Source of the DNA: Parcubacteria group bacterium RIFCSPLOWO2_01_FULL_48_18
GTDB taxonomy: Bacteria > Patescibacteriota > Minisyncoccia > UBA6257 > WO2-01-48-18
NCBI GenBank assembly: GCA_001824435.1
Contig: MHXH01000018.1
Coordinates: 1,458-65,457 of the forward strand
Direction of reading: 5' to 3'
DNA: 64,000 nt
Shown: positions 36,412-46,328 of the stretch, piece after piece
Numbering within the stretch: position 1 is the first letter of the stretch
How the letters are laid out: each line of letters starts with the position of its first letter
Program-made: the position numbers and the translations under genes
Notes under the pieces: generated by a model
Told to the model about the DNA's origin: nothing
The model's input: only the letters and a program-made list of their open reading frames with translations
Database searches by the model: none

Positions 36412-37797
36412 CTAAGGTTTTGTCAACGTTTCGCCGTACAGCGGCACACCGATGCCTACGATGCCCGCTCCAACCTGATACGGACTGGAAAGGGTTCCAA
36501 AAAGCACATCATTTCCATCTTCAATGCTCAATCGAAACGTACTCCCTTTTTGGGGAAAACCTCCGAGATTCGCCCTGACATAAAATGTTTTTGACGTTCC
36601 CCTCGGGACGGTTGCCGCGACATCTGAAAAATCAAGCCTCCCTCCGTTTGAAAATGGCAAGGTAATAGTAAGCGCCACAGGTTTATTGATTGCCGCATCA
36701 TAGAGCGTGAAGTCGTCGGCAATTGCTGCGGTAGGCGAAGCGAAAACAGTAAAACTCATTGAGTGCGCGACGCCGTCAAATATAACGTCGTCTGATGCGT
36801 CCGCCGTAATGCTGAAACGCATTACCTCTGTCGTAGTAGCAAGAAGAGTTTCGCCGGCAGTCACTTTTGCACAACCGCTTGCGCCTATTTCGCACGCCGA
36901 GAATATGAGCGGGGGTGGGGGCGCCGCAGTTGTAAATTGCCCCTCGGCAAATGACACATTCCGCGATGGGTCTTCGGACTGGGCCTCAAAATAATACAAC
37001 GTATACGATGAAAGTCCGCTCAGTGCCGAACAGTGACTCGTGGCATATTGCAAGCCGCCGCAGCGATCAGTCGAAATTCCCGGATAATACCCATAGGACG
37101 TTCCAAAAAGTACTCCAGTAGTGGCGGGTTCGTCGGTAAACCACTTAATGCGCGCGCTGGAGGGTGTGATATTTTCAGTCTTTACTCCGGAGATGGAAGG
37201 CGGGGTGGTATCAGATATTGTCGGAACCGGGGGGGTGGAAGAAGAAACCGCAGAAGAAGACTGCGTTGGCGTTGGCGCGGATGGCGCCTGCGGCAAGGAT
37301 GGACCGGTTAACCCATCGGCTGAGACAGGCGGGACGGCAGCTCCCAACGCATTAATCTTTTCCTGCAAAAACGCAATTTGTTTGAGGAGTTCTTGCAGCT
37401 GTAGAGACAGAACAACAGATGTAGGGTCAGGGGGAGGTGGTCCGGCGACCGGCGGCGGAGGCGGCGGTTTTTCCATTAGGGGCTGCGTGGGTAATTGCTT
37501 AAGAAGGATTTCATTCGCCTTGCCTCGCGAAAGAGGACCGAAAAATCCGGAAACCGGACTAATGCCGTACGCATTCTGGAATTTCTTCACGGCCGCGAAC
37601 GTGAGCGTAAGAAAGTTGCCGGTTACCGGACCGTTATAAAACCCCTGTTTTGTCAGAAATTCCTGCAGTCGAACGACGTCCGCATTATTTTCCATGCCGA
37701 AACTTAAATTTCGATCAAACGCCCGGGGCGCTGCCGCATAAACAAACGAATACCCGACGCAAAACACTATAATTAAACAAAGGGCTATTTTTTTCAT
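36412..37797 (-). CDS. Secreted protein: signal peptide, PG_binding_1 domain, Pro-rich linker, fibronectin type III-like domain, beta-rich C-terminus
   Basis: MKKIALCLIIVFCVGYSFVYAAAP; DVVRLQEFLTKQGFYNGPVTGNFLTLTFAAVKKFQ; PPPPPPVAGPPPP; IKWFTDEPATTGVLFGTSYGYY. Confidence 0.65.
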   Translation of the reverse strand: MKKIALCLIIVFCVGYSFVYAAAPRAFDRNLSFGMENNADVVRLQEFLTKQGFYNGPVTGNFLTLTFAAVKKFQNAYGISPVSGFFGPLSRGKANEILLKQLPTQPLMEKPPPPPPVAGPPPPDPTSVVLSLQLQELLKQIAFLQEKINALGAAVPPVSADGLTGPSLPQAPSAPTPTQSSSAVSSSTPPVPTISDTTPPSISGVKTENITPSSARIKWFTDEPATTGVLFGTSYGYYPGISTDRCGGLQYATSHCSALSGLSSYTLYYFEAQSEDPSRNVSFAEGQFTTAAPPPPLIFSACEIGASGCAKVTAGETLLATTTEVMRFSITADASDDVIFDGVAHSMSFTVFASPTAAIADDFTLYDAAINKPVALTITLPFSNGGRLDFSDVAATVPRGTSKTFYVRANLGGFPQKGSTFRLSIEDGNDVLFGTLSSPYQVGAGIVGIGVPLYGETLTKP

Positions 37798-37912
37798 AAG
37801 AAGACGAAAAATACGATATATTATTTTATAGTAACAGGGAGTGGAATCCTATACAAACGATGCGTTTGTGCTATAATTAAAATATTAATGGAAAAAATTA
37901 TACTCAAAAAAC

Positions 37913-38245
37913 TTGCAGCATTATTTCTTAATAGGAGACGCACTAACCTTTTTCGGTTTTTGGATCGTGGTCGCAATGGTTGGCGCATCACCGTTCCCAT
38001 TTTTCGACTTTATGCTCGGTGAAGTTATTTTTACAATCATTGTTTTGCCACTAATTTTTTACTTAATCCGGTTTACTTCTTATCTACAGAAAGGGATTAA
38101 ACAAATATCTCTATCAAACAGCCAGTCGGGACTATTTAGGCAAGTATCGCAAAATGCAGAAAAAGCCCTGCTTTTTATTGCCATAATGAGCTTACTACTT
38201 CTCTTGGGCGGACTTATAGTGTTCACAATTTCTTTCTCCCAATGA
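37913..38245 (+). CDS. Hypothetical polytopic small membrane protein
   Basis: Three predicted TM helices in 110 aa. Confidence 0.35.
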   Translation: MQHYFLIGDALTFFGFWIVVAMVGASPFPFFDFMLGEVIFTIIVLPLIFYLIRFTSYLQKGIKQISLSNSQSGLFRQVSQNAEKALLFIAIMSLLLLLGGLIVFTISFSQ

Positions 38246-38288
38246 TTCTCCTCGAACGCCCTAAAATTGGTTACGCTTCACACTAAAC

Positions 38289-38693
38289 ATGATCCCTATT
38301 CTCTGGGTTTTCAACGATTTTGCGCTTCTTGTCGTCCGTATTGTGTTCGGCATTATTTTTATTGCCCATGGGCTTCCGAAATTGCGCAACATCGAAGCAA
38401 CGTCTCAAGGATTTCAGGCAATGGGCTTTGCGCCCGGCGCGTTCTGGGCGCGGTTCATTGCGCTGCTCGAAGTGCTCGGCGGGGGCGCGATGATCGTCGG
38501 AGTTATGGTTCAGCCGCTCGCATGGCTCTTTGCAATTGAAATGCTTGTTACCGCGCTAAAAGTGAATAGAAAGAAAGGGCTGGTGGGTGGTTATGAATTT
38601 GATTTAATTCTCTTGGCAGTTGCGGTTTTGCTTGGAACCTTGGGCGCGGGCAAAATCTCGCTGGATCAATATCTTCCTGTTTTCCTCTTTTAA
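38289..38693 (+). CDS. DoxX-family membrane protein
   Basis: LRIVFGIIFIAHGLPKL...RFIALLEVLGGGAMIVG. Confidence 0.65.
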   Translation: MIPILWVFNDFALLVVRIVFGIIFIAHGLPKLRNIEATSQGFQAMGFAPGAFWARFIALLEVLGGGAMIVGVMVQPLAWLFAIEMLVTALKVNRKKGLVGGYEFDLILLAVAVLLGTLGAGKISLDQYLPVFLF

Positions 38694-38780
38694 ACCGGCC
38701 GCGCTTAATTTTGGTTTCAAAACAAATTAAGAAATCAAAAAGTTAAAATGAATTATCGCGCCGCAGAGCGGCGCGATAAT

Positions 38781-40880
38781 TCATTCCTGGTATACTCTCT
38801 TTCTTAATTCTTCCACCCGCGTTTTCAGCAGGGGGTATTTTTTAAATCGTTGATCTTTTTGAATAATTTTTACCGCTTCGGTGCGGGCAAGTTTGACCAG
38901 ATCGAGGTTTTTAAGCGCTTTCATGGCAAGATCGGGAATGCCGGACTGCTTGGTTCCCAAAAATTCTCCGGGTCCGCGGATTTCAAGATCCTTCTGCGCA
39001 AGTTCGAAACCGTTCTTCGCGATCAGAAGCGCCCTCAAACGCTGGTGCGTTGAAACCGCCGGAGAATCCGTAAACAAAAAGCAGTGCGATTGATACTCTC
39101 CTCTCCCCACCCTTCCGCGAAATTGATACAACTGGGCAAGGCCGAACCGATCGGCGCCCTCAATCATCATAATCGTGGCGTTGGGCACGTCGACGCCCAC
39201 CTCAATGACGGAGGTCGAAACCAACACATCGTGATCGCGACTCCGAAACTCATTCATGATTCTTTCTTTTTCTTTCGGTTTCATCTGCCCGTGCAGCATG
39301 ACGATTCTCAAGTCAGGAAAGACGGAATTTTTCAACTTCTCATATTGCTCAGTTACCGACTTTGCCTCCAGGTGCGGAGAATCTTCAATGAGCGGGCAAA
39401 TAATAAAAACCTGCTGTCCTTTCTGAACCTCACTGCGGATAAAATCATACGCATTTTGGCGGTCTGCCGGAGCGACTATCTGCGTAATGATCTCCTGCCT
39501 TCCTTTCGGTAATTCGTCGATAATGGAAATATCGAGATCGCCGAAGAGCGCCAAACTAAGCGTGCGCGGGATAGGCGTAGCGCTCATGGAAAGCAGATGC
39601 GGATAGTATTTCGTTTTAGCCGTTTTCTGCCAATCGCGCGCAAGACGAGCTCGCTGACTGACCCCAAACCGATGCTGCTCGTCAATAACCGCGAGCCCGA
39701 GTTTGTTAAATTTCACTTTTTCCTGAATAAGCGCGTGCGTGCCGATAATGATATGTACCCTTCCGGCGTCGATTTCTTTTATCACGTTTGCTTTTTTGCT
39801 TTGCGCTTCAAGCCCTGAAAATGCAAGCCGTTGTTGCCCCGAAGTCAAAAGTGCGATGCCGCAATCAAAGCCTTTAAACAGGTCGCTGATTGTTTTAAAG
39901 TGTTGGTATGCGAGTACCTCGGTAGGCGCCATAAATGCCGCCTGATGTCCCCTTTCCGACACCAGCAGGGCTGCGACGGCTGCGACAACTGTCTTACCAG
40001 ACCCCACATCACCCTCCAAAAGCCGGTTCATCGGCTTGCCCTGCTTGATGTCTTTCAAAATTTCCCACAGCGATCGTTTCTGCGCAAACGTGAGTTCAAA
40101 CGGAAGAACCCCAATAATCTGTTTAACGCGTTCAATATCCCATTGGATCGTCGCCGCTTTTTCTTGCGCCAGTTTTAATTTTTCTTCGACATTGATAAGC
40201 TGAACTATGAATAATTCTTCGAAGGCGAATCTTCGCTTCGCGGCATCCGCGTCTTCAATCGAAGGCGGGAAATGAATATGCTGCATGGCGTCATTTATTT
40301 CCGGAAGTTTCGTTCGCGCTCGAACTTCTTTCGGAATCGAATCCGGGAGCAATTCAAGGGCGTCAAGAATCGGCTTGATGACGAATCGGAGCGCCTTAGA
40401 GGTCAGCCCCTTTGTTTCGGGATAAATAGGAACGAGTCTTGCAGTATGCCGCGGTTGGCCCTGACGCTCATCCGTGATGATTTCATAAACCGGATTTGAA
40501 AAATATATTTCGTCTTCGTCCCAGCCAATCTTCCCGGCAAGGTTCACCAGGCTCCCGCGGCGCAAAATGCTTGCGATAAAAGGCTGGTTAAACCAGATTG
40601 CCCGCACCGCACCGCTTTGGTCGGCTACGGTCGCTTCGGTAATAAACATTCGCTTGCGCCAACTCTGCCGGACGCCGATATCCCGTACAAACCCCTGAAC
40701 CGTCGCCTGTTCATTCGGTTCAAGTTCCATGATCGACGTGATTTTGGAAAAATCTTCGTATCTGAAAGGAAAGTGAAAAATCAAATCGCGCACCGTTTCG
40801 ATTTTCAATTTCTCGAGTTTTCGAAGATACTTAGGACCGATTCCACGAATATGTATCAGCTGAGTATTTAGAGAAAACAT
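38781..40880 (-). CDS. recG: ATP-dependent DNA helicase RecG
   Basis: Wedge/OB N-terminal domain, SF2 helicase motifs (GDVGSGKTVVA, DEQHRFGV, TATPIPRT); 699 aa. Confidence 0.9.
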   Translation of the reverse strand: MFSLNTQLIHIRGIGPKYLRKLEKLKIETVRDLIFHFPFRYEDFSKITSIMELEPNEQATVQGFVRDIGVRQSWRKRMFITEATVADQSGAVRAIWFNQPFIASILRRGSLVNLAGKIGWDEDEIYFSNPVYEIITDERQGQPRHTARLVPIYPETKGLTSKALRFVIKPILDALELLPDSIPKEVRARTKLPEINDAMQHIHFPPSIEDADAAKRRFAFEELFIVQLINVEEKLKLAQEKAATIQWDIERVKQIIGVLPFELTFAQKRSLWEILKDIKQGKPMNRLLEGDVGSGKTVVAAVAALLVSERGHQAAFMAPTEVLAYQHFKTISDLFKGFDCGIALLTSGQQRLAFSGLEAQSKKANVIKEIDAGRVHIIIGTHALIQEKVKFNKLGLAVIDEQHRFGVSQRARLARDWQKTAKTKYYPHLLSMSATPIPRTLSLALFGDLDISIIDELPKGRQEIITQIVAPADRQNAYDFIRSEVQKGQQVFIICPLIEDSPHLEAKSVTEQYEKLKNSVFPDLRIVMLHGQMKPKEKERIMNEFRSRDHDVLVSTSVIEVGVDVPNATIMMIEGADRFGLAQLYQFRGRVGRGEYQSHCFLFTDSPAVSTHQRLRALLIAKNGFELAQKDLEIRGPGEFLGTKQSGIPDLAMKALKNLDLVKLARTEAVKIIQKDQRFKKYPLLKTRVEELRKRVYQE

Positions 40881-40955
40881 TTTTGGAAAGAAAGTTTAGT
40901 CATTGGGGGTTGGTAATTGCTTGCCCGCCTAAGCCTTGGCGTAGGTGGGGGAATT

Positions 40956-42275
40956 TTATCTGTATCCCTTAAATTGTTCGGCGCCGTAAATCCTCTTCTG
41001 TCGTTCAATATTTCCGAGCAGCGCCAGGGGAATAATTGCAACTGCCGATGTGGCGGCCGCGAAGATAAACGGCGCCGGTTTGCCGATGTCTTGCCACAGT
41101 ATACCACCGAAAAAATTGGCAGGCAAGGCCGCCAGTCCTGCTACAAGATGGTATGCCCCAAAAGCTTTTCCGCTTTGCTGAAGCGGAGCAAGGTCGGCAA
41201 CCAACGCCCGAAATATAGTATCTCCTGCTGCGACAAAGATACCATACAATGCAAAAAGAATCCAAACGGTGTATGCGTTCGCCCCAAAGGCGAACCCAAG
41301 ATTCGTGAGCGAGAATAACACAAATCCGGCAATCAAAACTTTTGTCCTTCCGATCCGGTCAGAAAGCCTACCGATCGGATATGCAGCTGCGGCGTACGAC
41401 GCATTATAGAGAAGGTAGACAAGCGGGATGAAGGCAAGGTCAGTGCCCGCATCCTGCGCGCGCAGGATGAAAAATGCGTAACTGAAATTACCAAGGGCAA
41501 AAATAGCCGCCGCAACAAGGAGCAGCTTGAAATTTTTTGAAAAAACCAAGGGTCGGCCATCGGCTTCGCCACGAAAACCGGCGTCTTGCACCGATGGTTT
41601 CACGGCTGCATCAAGCATCTGGGGCGGGAAAGCACTTTCTTCCCCTCCACGTCGCGGCTCTTTCACGAATACCACCAGGCAGAAAACGGCTAACGCAGCA
41701 GGAATAAACGAAAGCCAAAAAATATTCCGCAGGTGTTCGGCAGAACTACCCCATGTAAACAGCGCCACCGAAACAATGATGGTTCCCGCGATCGCTCCGA
41801 ACGTATCCATGGCCCGATGCAGGCCAAATGATCGTCCGATACGCTCTTCGTCGACAGATTCTTTAATAAGCGCGTCTCGAGGCGAAGTTCTGATGCCCTT
41901 GCCTACCCTATCAAGAAAACGAAACACCAGCACATGCCACCAGAAAAAAGACAGCGCAAAAAATGGCTTTGAAACCGCAGAGAAAGAATAACCGAAAACC
42001 GTAAGCGTCTTGCGCCTCTTAACCTTATCCGAAACCCGGCCGGAAACATATTTAAATATGGATGCGGTTGCCTCGGCAATACCTTCAATAACTCCGACTA
42101 TAGGCATCGGCGCGCGCAATACGCCGGTAAGAAAAATGGGAAGGATCGGAAAAATCATTTCCGAGCTTACGTCGGTGAGAAGCGACGTGAGCCCGAGCCA
42201 GAATACATTCTTGGGATTTTTTACGCTACCGCCCCTTGGTACGCCTTCAGTCATTTCGCAATTGTACCACACCAA
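40956..42275 (-). CDS. MFS transporter
   Basis: 12-TM profile; MFS motif-A-like GRLSDRIGRTKVL. Confidence 0.75.
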   Translation of the reverse strand: MVWYNCEMTEGVPRGGSVKNPKNVFWLGLTSLLTDVSSEMIFPILPIFLTGVLRAPMPIVGVIEGIAEATASIFKYVSGRVSDKVKRRKTLTVFGYSFSAVSKPFFALSFFWWHVLVFRFLDRVGKGIRTSPRDALIKESVDEERIGRSFGLHRAMDTFGAIAGTIIVSVALFTWGSSAEHLRNIFWLSFIPAALAVFCLVVFVKEPRRGGEESAFPPQMLDAAVKPSVQDAGFRGEADGRPLVFSKNFKLLLVAAAIFALGNFSYAFFILRAQDAGTDLAFIPLVYLLYNASYAAAAYPIGRLSDRIGRTKVLIAGFVLFSLTNLGFAFGANAYTVWILFALYGIFVAAGDTIFRALVADLAPLQQSGKAFGAYHLVAGLAALPANFFGGILWQDIGKPAPFIFAAATSAVAIIPLALLGNIERQKRIYGAEQFKGYR

Positions 42276-42326
42276 TAATAAAACCGCACGCCGTGGTGCG
42301 GTAATAACTGCAAAACTACCAATGGT

Positions 42327-43415
42327 CTACTGAATTCTCGAGAAAATGATCACCGTTGCCATGGCAAGAAAGATCGCGAATATTTTCTTCGCGGTCATCT
42401 TTTCTTTCAGAACGAAAAAACCGAGAAGGACGGTTACCGCCGGATACATGGAAGAGATCGGAGCGACAACGGATACGTAGTGCGCATCGAGGAGCTGCCA
42501 AAGGCAGAACAGCACAACCTGAAAAATCAAAATCTTCGCAAGCATCAAGGCAATGCCCGCGGTGCTCCATTTGAGCGGCGGGAGCAGCGCCGGTTTGTAT
42601 ATACGCAAGAACGGCAACGCTGGTGCGGCAATAATCCAGAAAAGGGTTTTTCCAAAAAATACCATTCCCCCGTCCCACACAAAAGGGATCAAAGCAGGGC
42701 TCCCCCGTCTTTTGAGTATGCGATGGTAAACAAAAATGCTTAGCGGCGACGTGGCATTCCCGAGAATAAAGCCCCACAAAAAACGACCGCCGATACCAGC
42801 TCCTTCCACGGCGATTTTATCAAGAAATCCGATAACCCCGGAAATAAGGATAAGGAAAAATACGGAGCGCAAAACGGCGCCGGACGCACGAACAGCCTTG
42901 TCCCTGCCTTGATAGAGAAGATACACCGCAAAAACCGCGCATGCGACAACAAAAATTCTTGAAAATCCCAACGGCTCCCGAAGGATAGCGACCCCCAATA
43001 AAACAGTTATGAGAGGATGGATGGAAGTTGCCGGCACCACAAAGCTTATGGGTTCTTTCTCTACAAGTTCAAAGTAGAGAATTCCATGAAGGTGCACCAG
43101 GGCGACAAGCGCCAATATCCACGGGATTGCCGCCGCATCCTTGATAACGAAAAGCGAAGGAAAGAAAGCCCGATAGAAGACAAAGAATGAAAAAACGATC
43201 CAGGGACCGAGGATGGTTCCCCATAGAAGCCGTGACATCCCGAATCTTTCCTGAATCGGCTTATCGATGAACGCGGCTACGCCTTGGCCAATAATAATGA
43301 CGGTCAGCGCGAGCGCCAGCGACAATTTACATCTCCTCTCATCGGACGAGCAGAGAACGTCCAGGAATACAAAATGCTTAAACGAACTGCGTATATCATA
43401 GCACGCTCGCCACAC
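42327..43415 (-). CDS. DMT-superfamily (EamA-like) membrane transporter; the start may be an internal Met
   Basis: Two roughly 130-aa hydrophobic repeats typical of EamA domains. Confidence 0.5.
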   Translation of the reverse strand: MWRACYDIRSSFKHFVFLDVLCSSDERRCKLSLALALTVIIIGQGVAAFIDKPIQERFGMSRLLWGTILGPWIVFSFFVFYRAFFPSLFVIKDAAAIPWILALVALVHLHGILYFELVEKEPISFVVPATSIHPLITVLLGVAILREPLGFSRIFVVACAVFAVYLLYQGRDKAVRASGAVLRSVFFLILISGVIGFLDKIAVEGAGIGGRFLWGFILGNATSPLSIFVYHRILKRRGSPALIPFVWDGGMVFFGKTLFWIIAAPALPFLRIYKPALLPPLKWSTAGIALMLAKILIFQVVLFCLWQLLDAHYVSVVAPISSMYPAVTVLLGFFVLKEKMTAKKIFAIFLAMATVIIFSRIQ

Positions 43416-43491
43416 TCCATCAATGCGTCATAGGACAAAACAAAAAAGGCCCCGAAGGGCATAGCTCATTATTTGTTAGAATTCCGTGCTG

Positions 43492-43770
43492 TTATTTAAC
43501 GAAGTACTCGACAAGCTTAATGACGAACGCAGCAACAAGCAGTGCTTCCGCTACATAGCCCAGGGAAACCGCAATAAATAAGAACGGGGATTCTTGAGAA
43601 ACGCTTCTATGTAACTCCTTAAACGCTGTATCAGCATCGCCCTGGCTAGCTTTCCGTACCGCGCCCCACACTCCCCTAAAACGTCTGAGCTGATTCCACG
43701 AAACATACCCCAAGCAACCAATCAACGCTACCAACCAGACGTACCAGTAGCCTGCGATAAAACCGATCAT
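43492..43770 (-). CDS. Small two-TM membrane protein, hypothetical
   Basis: 92 aa, two hydrophobic helices. Confidence 0.35.
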   Translation of the reverse strand: MIGFIAGYWYVWLVALIGCLGYVSWNQLRRFRGVWGAVRKASQGDADTAFKELHRSVSQESPFLFIAVSLGYVAEALLVAAFVIKLVEYFVK

Positions 43771-43863
43771 ACCCTTCCTTTCCTATACGCACACCGTGAA
43801 TAACGGGTGCTGCGGCGAAAACGCCTAGTACCGAAGCAGCCCGAGAACTGATACAATTATAGC

Positions 43864-44739
43864 ATGCTTATGCTTCCTGTCAAGATTCCAAAGCTTATCG
43901 ACTCGCACACACATGTCCAGTTCGCCGCATACGACGCCGACCGCGATGCGGTTATTCAACGCGCGCTTGAAAACGGTGTGTGGTGTATTAACGTCGGCAC
44001 CCAACGCGACACTTCGAAAAAGGCAGTAGAACTTGCGGAACAATACGAAGGCCTTTTTGCGACGGTCGGACTCCATCCGATTCACACGGAAAAGTCGTAC
44101 CATGACGCGCAAGAACTTGGCGCATCCGAAGACGCAAAGGGATTTTCAAGCCGCGGCGAAGTATTTGATAAACCATACTATGCATCGCTGGCTGCGCATC
44201 CGAAGACGGTTGCGATCGGCGAGTGCGGATTGGATTACTTTCGCCTTCCGAACGATGAAAAGTCGAAACAAACACAGAAGGATGTCTTTGAAAAGCATAT
44301 TACCGTGGCGGTCGATGTTCGCAAATCCCTCATGTGCCACTGCCGGCCGTCAAAAAACAACCAAGACGCATACGATGAATTATATGAAATCGTGAAGCCG
44401 CGCATCGATACGTTGAAAGCCACGGTTCTTCACTTTTTCGTCGGCAACCTCGATACGGCTAAAAAATTCCTCGATTTGGGATTTTACTTTACCTTCGGCG
44501 GCGTCATCACTTTTGCGCGCAATTACGACGAGGTCATTGCATATCTCCCGCTCGACCGGATCCTACTTGAAACCGACGCACCATATGTTACGCCCGAACC
44601 CTATCGCGGTAAACGCAATGAACCGGCCCATATCGTAGAAGTTGCAAAAAGAATGTGCGAGTTGAAAAAAACAGACATCGAAGCGCTACAGTATAAAATT
44701 CTCAAAAACAACCGTACGGTGTTCGGAATAACGCATTAA
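43864..44739 (+). CDS. TatD-family metal-dependent hydrolase/DNase
   Basis: IDSHTHVQF, GLHP, GECGLDYF and ETDAPY motifs. Confidence 0.85.
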   Translation: MLMLPVKIPKLIDSHTHVQFAAYDADRDAVIQRALENGVWCINVGTQRDTSKKAVELAEQYEGLFATVGLHPIHTEKSYHDAQELGASEDAKGFSSRGEVFDKPYYASLAAHPKTVAIGECGLDYFRLPNDEKSKQTQKDVFEKHITVAVDVRKSLMCHCRPSKNNQDAYDELYEIVKPRIDTLKATVLHFFVGNLDTAKKFLDLGFYFTFGGVITFARNYDEVIAYLPLDRILLETDAPYVTPEPYRGKRNEPAHIVEVAKRMCELKKTDIEALQYKILKNNRTVFGITH

Positions 44740-44765
44740 TAAAAATGGCCCCGCGATTTACGAGG

Positions 44766-45728
44766 TCATATCTTCCCATTCGCCTTGGCCTTACGGTAGC
44801 CGGGTAACAGAATATCAATAAGCTGCTGCTCAACTGTTTTCTTTGGTTTCGGCTCCACGGTAATCCATGTTCTGCTAACTTCTCCTTCTTTAGCAAATCC
44901 CTCATCACCCTTTCCCCAAACTCCATCGTATACGATTCTGGGGGCTCCCTTCGTTGAATCCACTCGCGCCCGCGCATACGCAAGCGCGATGGGCGTCCTT
45001 CCGCGCTCCTTGTCTTCATACGAAGTAATAATCAATTTTCCCTGATGCCCTTCATCCAAAAAGCACTCTTGCACTTTTACGGTAATGCCGCTTAAAAACC
45101 GTTTAATCCCCCCCTTCGGAAAAAGTTCAATTTTTTTGCACAGCACATACTCCAATGCCAGAAGATTCATGCTGTCCCTCGAAATTCCCAGCTCTTCAAA
45201 AGGATCGAAGTTAAGGTCTACCCGCTTCACTGCGGCCCGCCGCACAAAATCTGCAGCAAGCGCATGAAACGTAAGAGAGTCGGCCAGCATCCATTCCCGT
45301 AAGATTCCGCTCGGATTACCCTTGAGCAAAAATTGATCATCAACCCACAGCCGTTCAATCGTATGTCTGCCGGATGAATCCTCACGCTCCAGCGAGACAG
45401 CAAATACGATTGGTTCAAACTCCGTCCGTTCGGCTAAAAGAGTGAGTGTCAAAGCGTTGCGGTCAATAACTTCAAGACTGTCCTTCACATACGTTTTTTT
45501 ATAAACAATCGTGAGGGATTTCAGAAGCGGGTGTTGGGCTGGAAAGTCATAGGCGAACAACTGGTATGAGCCGAATTCAGAAACGTATGGCGCATCAAAC
45601 GGCTGTACTGCCCGGTATGAGCGTTCAATCGCCTGCACCACCGAGTCAGCAATCTGCGCTCTTAAAGTGCTGGCGCCGCCGCACAGAAATAGACCCAACA
45701 CAGCTAAGGCGCGAGCGACCATGAACAC
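44766..45728 (-). CDS. Secreted hypothetical protein (signal peptide)
   Basis: MFMVARALAVLGLFLCGGASTLRAQ. Confidence 0.5.
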   Translation of the reverse strand: MFMVARALAVLGLFLCGGASTLRAQIADSVVQAIERSYRAVQPFDAPYVSEFGSYQLFAYDFPAQHPLLKSLTIVYKKTYVKDSLEVIDRNALTLTLLAERTEFEPIVFAVSLEREDSSGRHTIERLWVDDQFLLKGNPSGILREWMLADSLTFHALAADFVRRAAVKRVDLNFDPFEELGISRDSMNLLALEYVLCKKIELFPKGGIKRFLSGITVKVQECFLDEGHQGKLIITSYEDKERGRTPIALAYARARVDSTKGAPRIVYDGVWGKGDEGFAKEGEVSRTWITVEPKPKKTVEQQLIDILLPGYRKAKANGKI

Positions 45729-45881
45729 GAATCTCCGGATAGCCGCATTGATAAGGCACTAGAATAAGCATACAACCCGCTCGTCTGCGCCGCAAGCCGC
45801 AATGCTTTCTATGGGGCAAGCTGCGCGGTATTCTAATGAACAAACAAAAAAGCCGCTTCACAAAACGGCTTTCCAAAGAAA

Positions 45882-46265
45882 TTACTGATCGAATGACGGA
45901 AACTTTTTCCGCATCTTTCGCCCTCCCACCAGCATTGTTACAAGCATAGGGCCTAACACAAGATAAAGAATGCCTACAGCGAACAAAATTACTCCCCCCT
46001 CGGTACTCATAAGGACATCCACGGCCTGCCTAAGCACGACCAGAGACAAAAACGCTCCGACCACCCAAAAACTAAATCCTACGACGAAAGAACCCACAAG
46101 CCACCTCATTGAGTATGCCGCCGCTTCTTTGGCCTGCTGTCTCCTCTCGACAACAATAGAAACAACAAATGCTCTACCGCAGAAAGGACAATGCAACCAA
46201 CCATCCTGAACCGTTAGTCGTCTATTGCACGAATCGCATGTGTACGTCGCGGACAAAACGGCCAT
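45882..46265 (-). CDS. Zinc-ribbon plus two-TM membrane protein, hypothetical
   Basis: CDSC...x15...CPFC zinc ribbon, then two TM helices. Confidence 0.45.
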   Translation of the reverse strand: MAVLSATYTCDSCNRRLTVQDGWLHCPFCGRAFVVSIVVERRQQAKEAAAYSMRWLVGSFVVGFSFWVVGAFLSLVVLRQAVDVLMSTEGGVILFAVGILYLVLGPMLVTMLVGGRKMRKKFPSFDQ

Positions 46266-46328
46266 ATCGATAACCCCCCGTTCGTTATTTTCAAAAACCC
46301 GAATTTAAGATACACTATAAACAAAGTA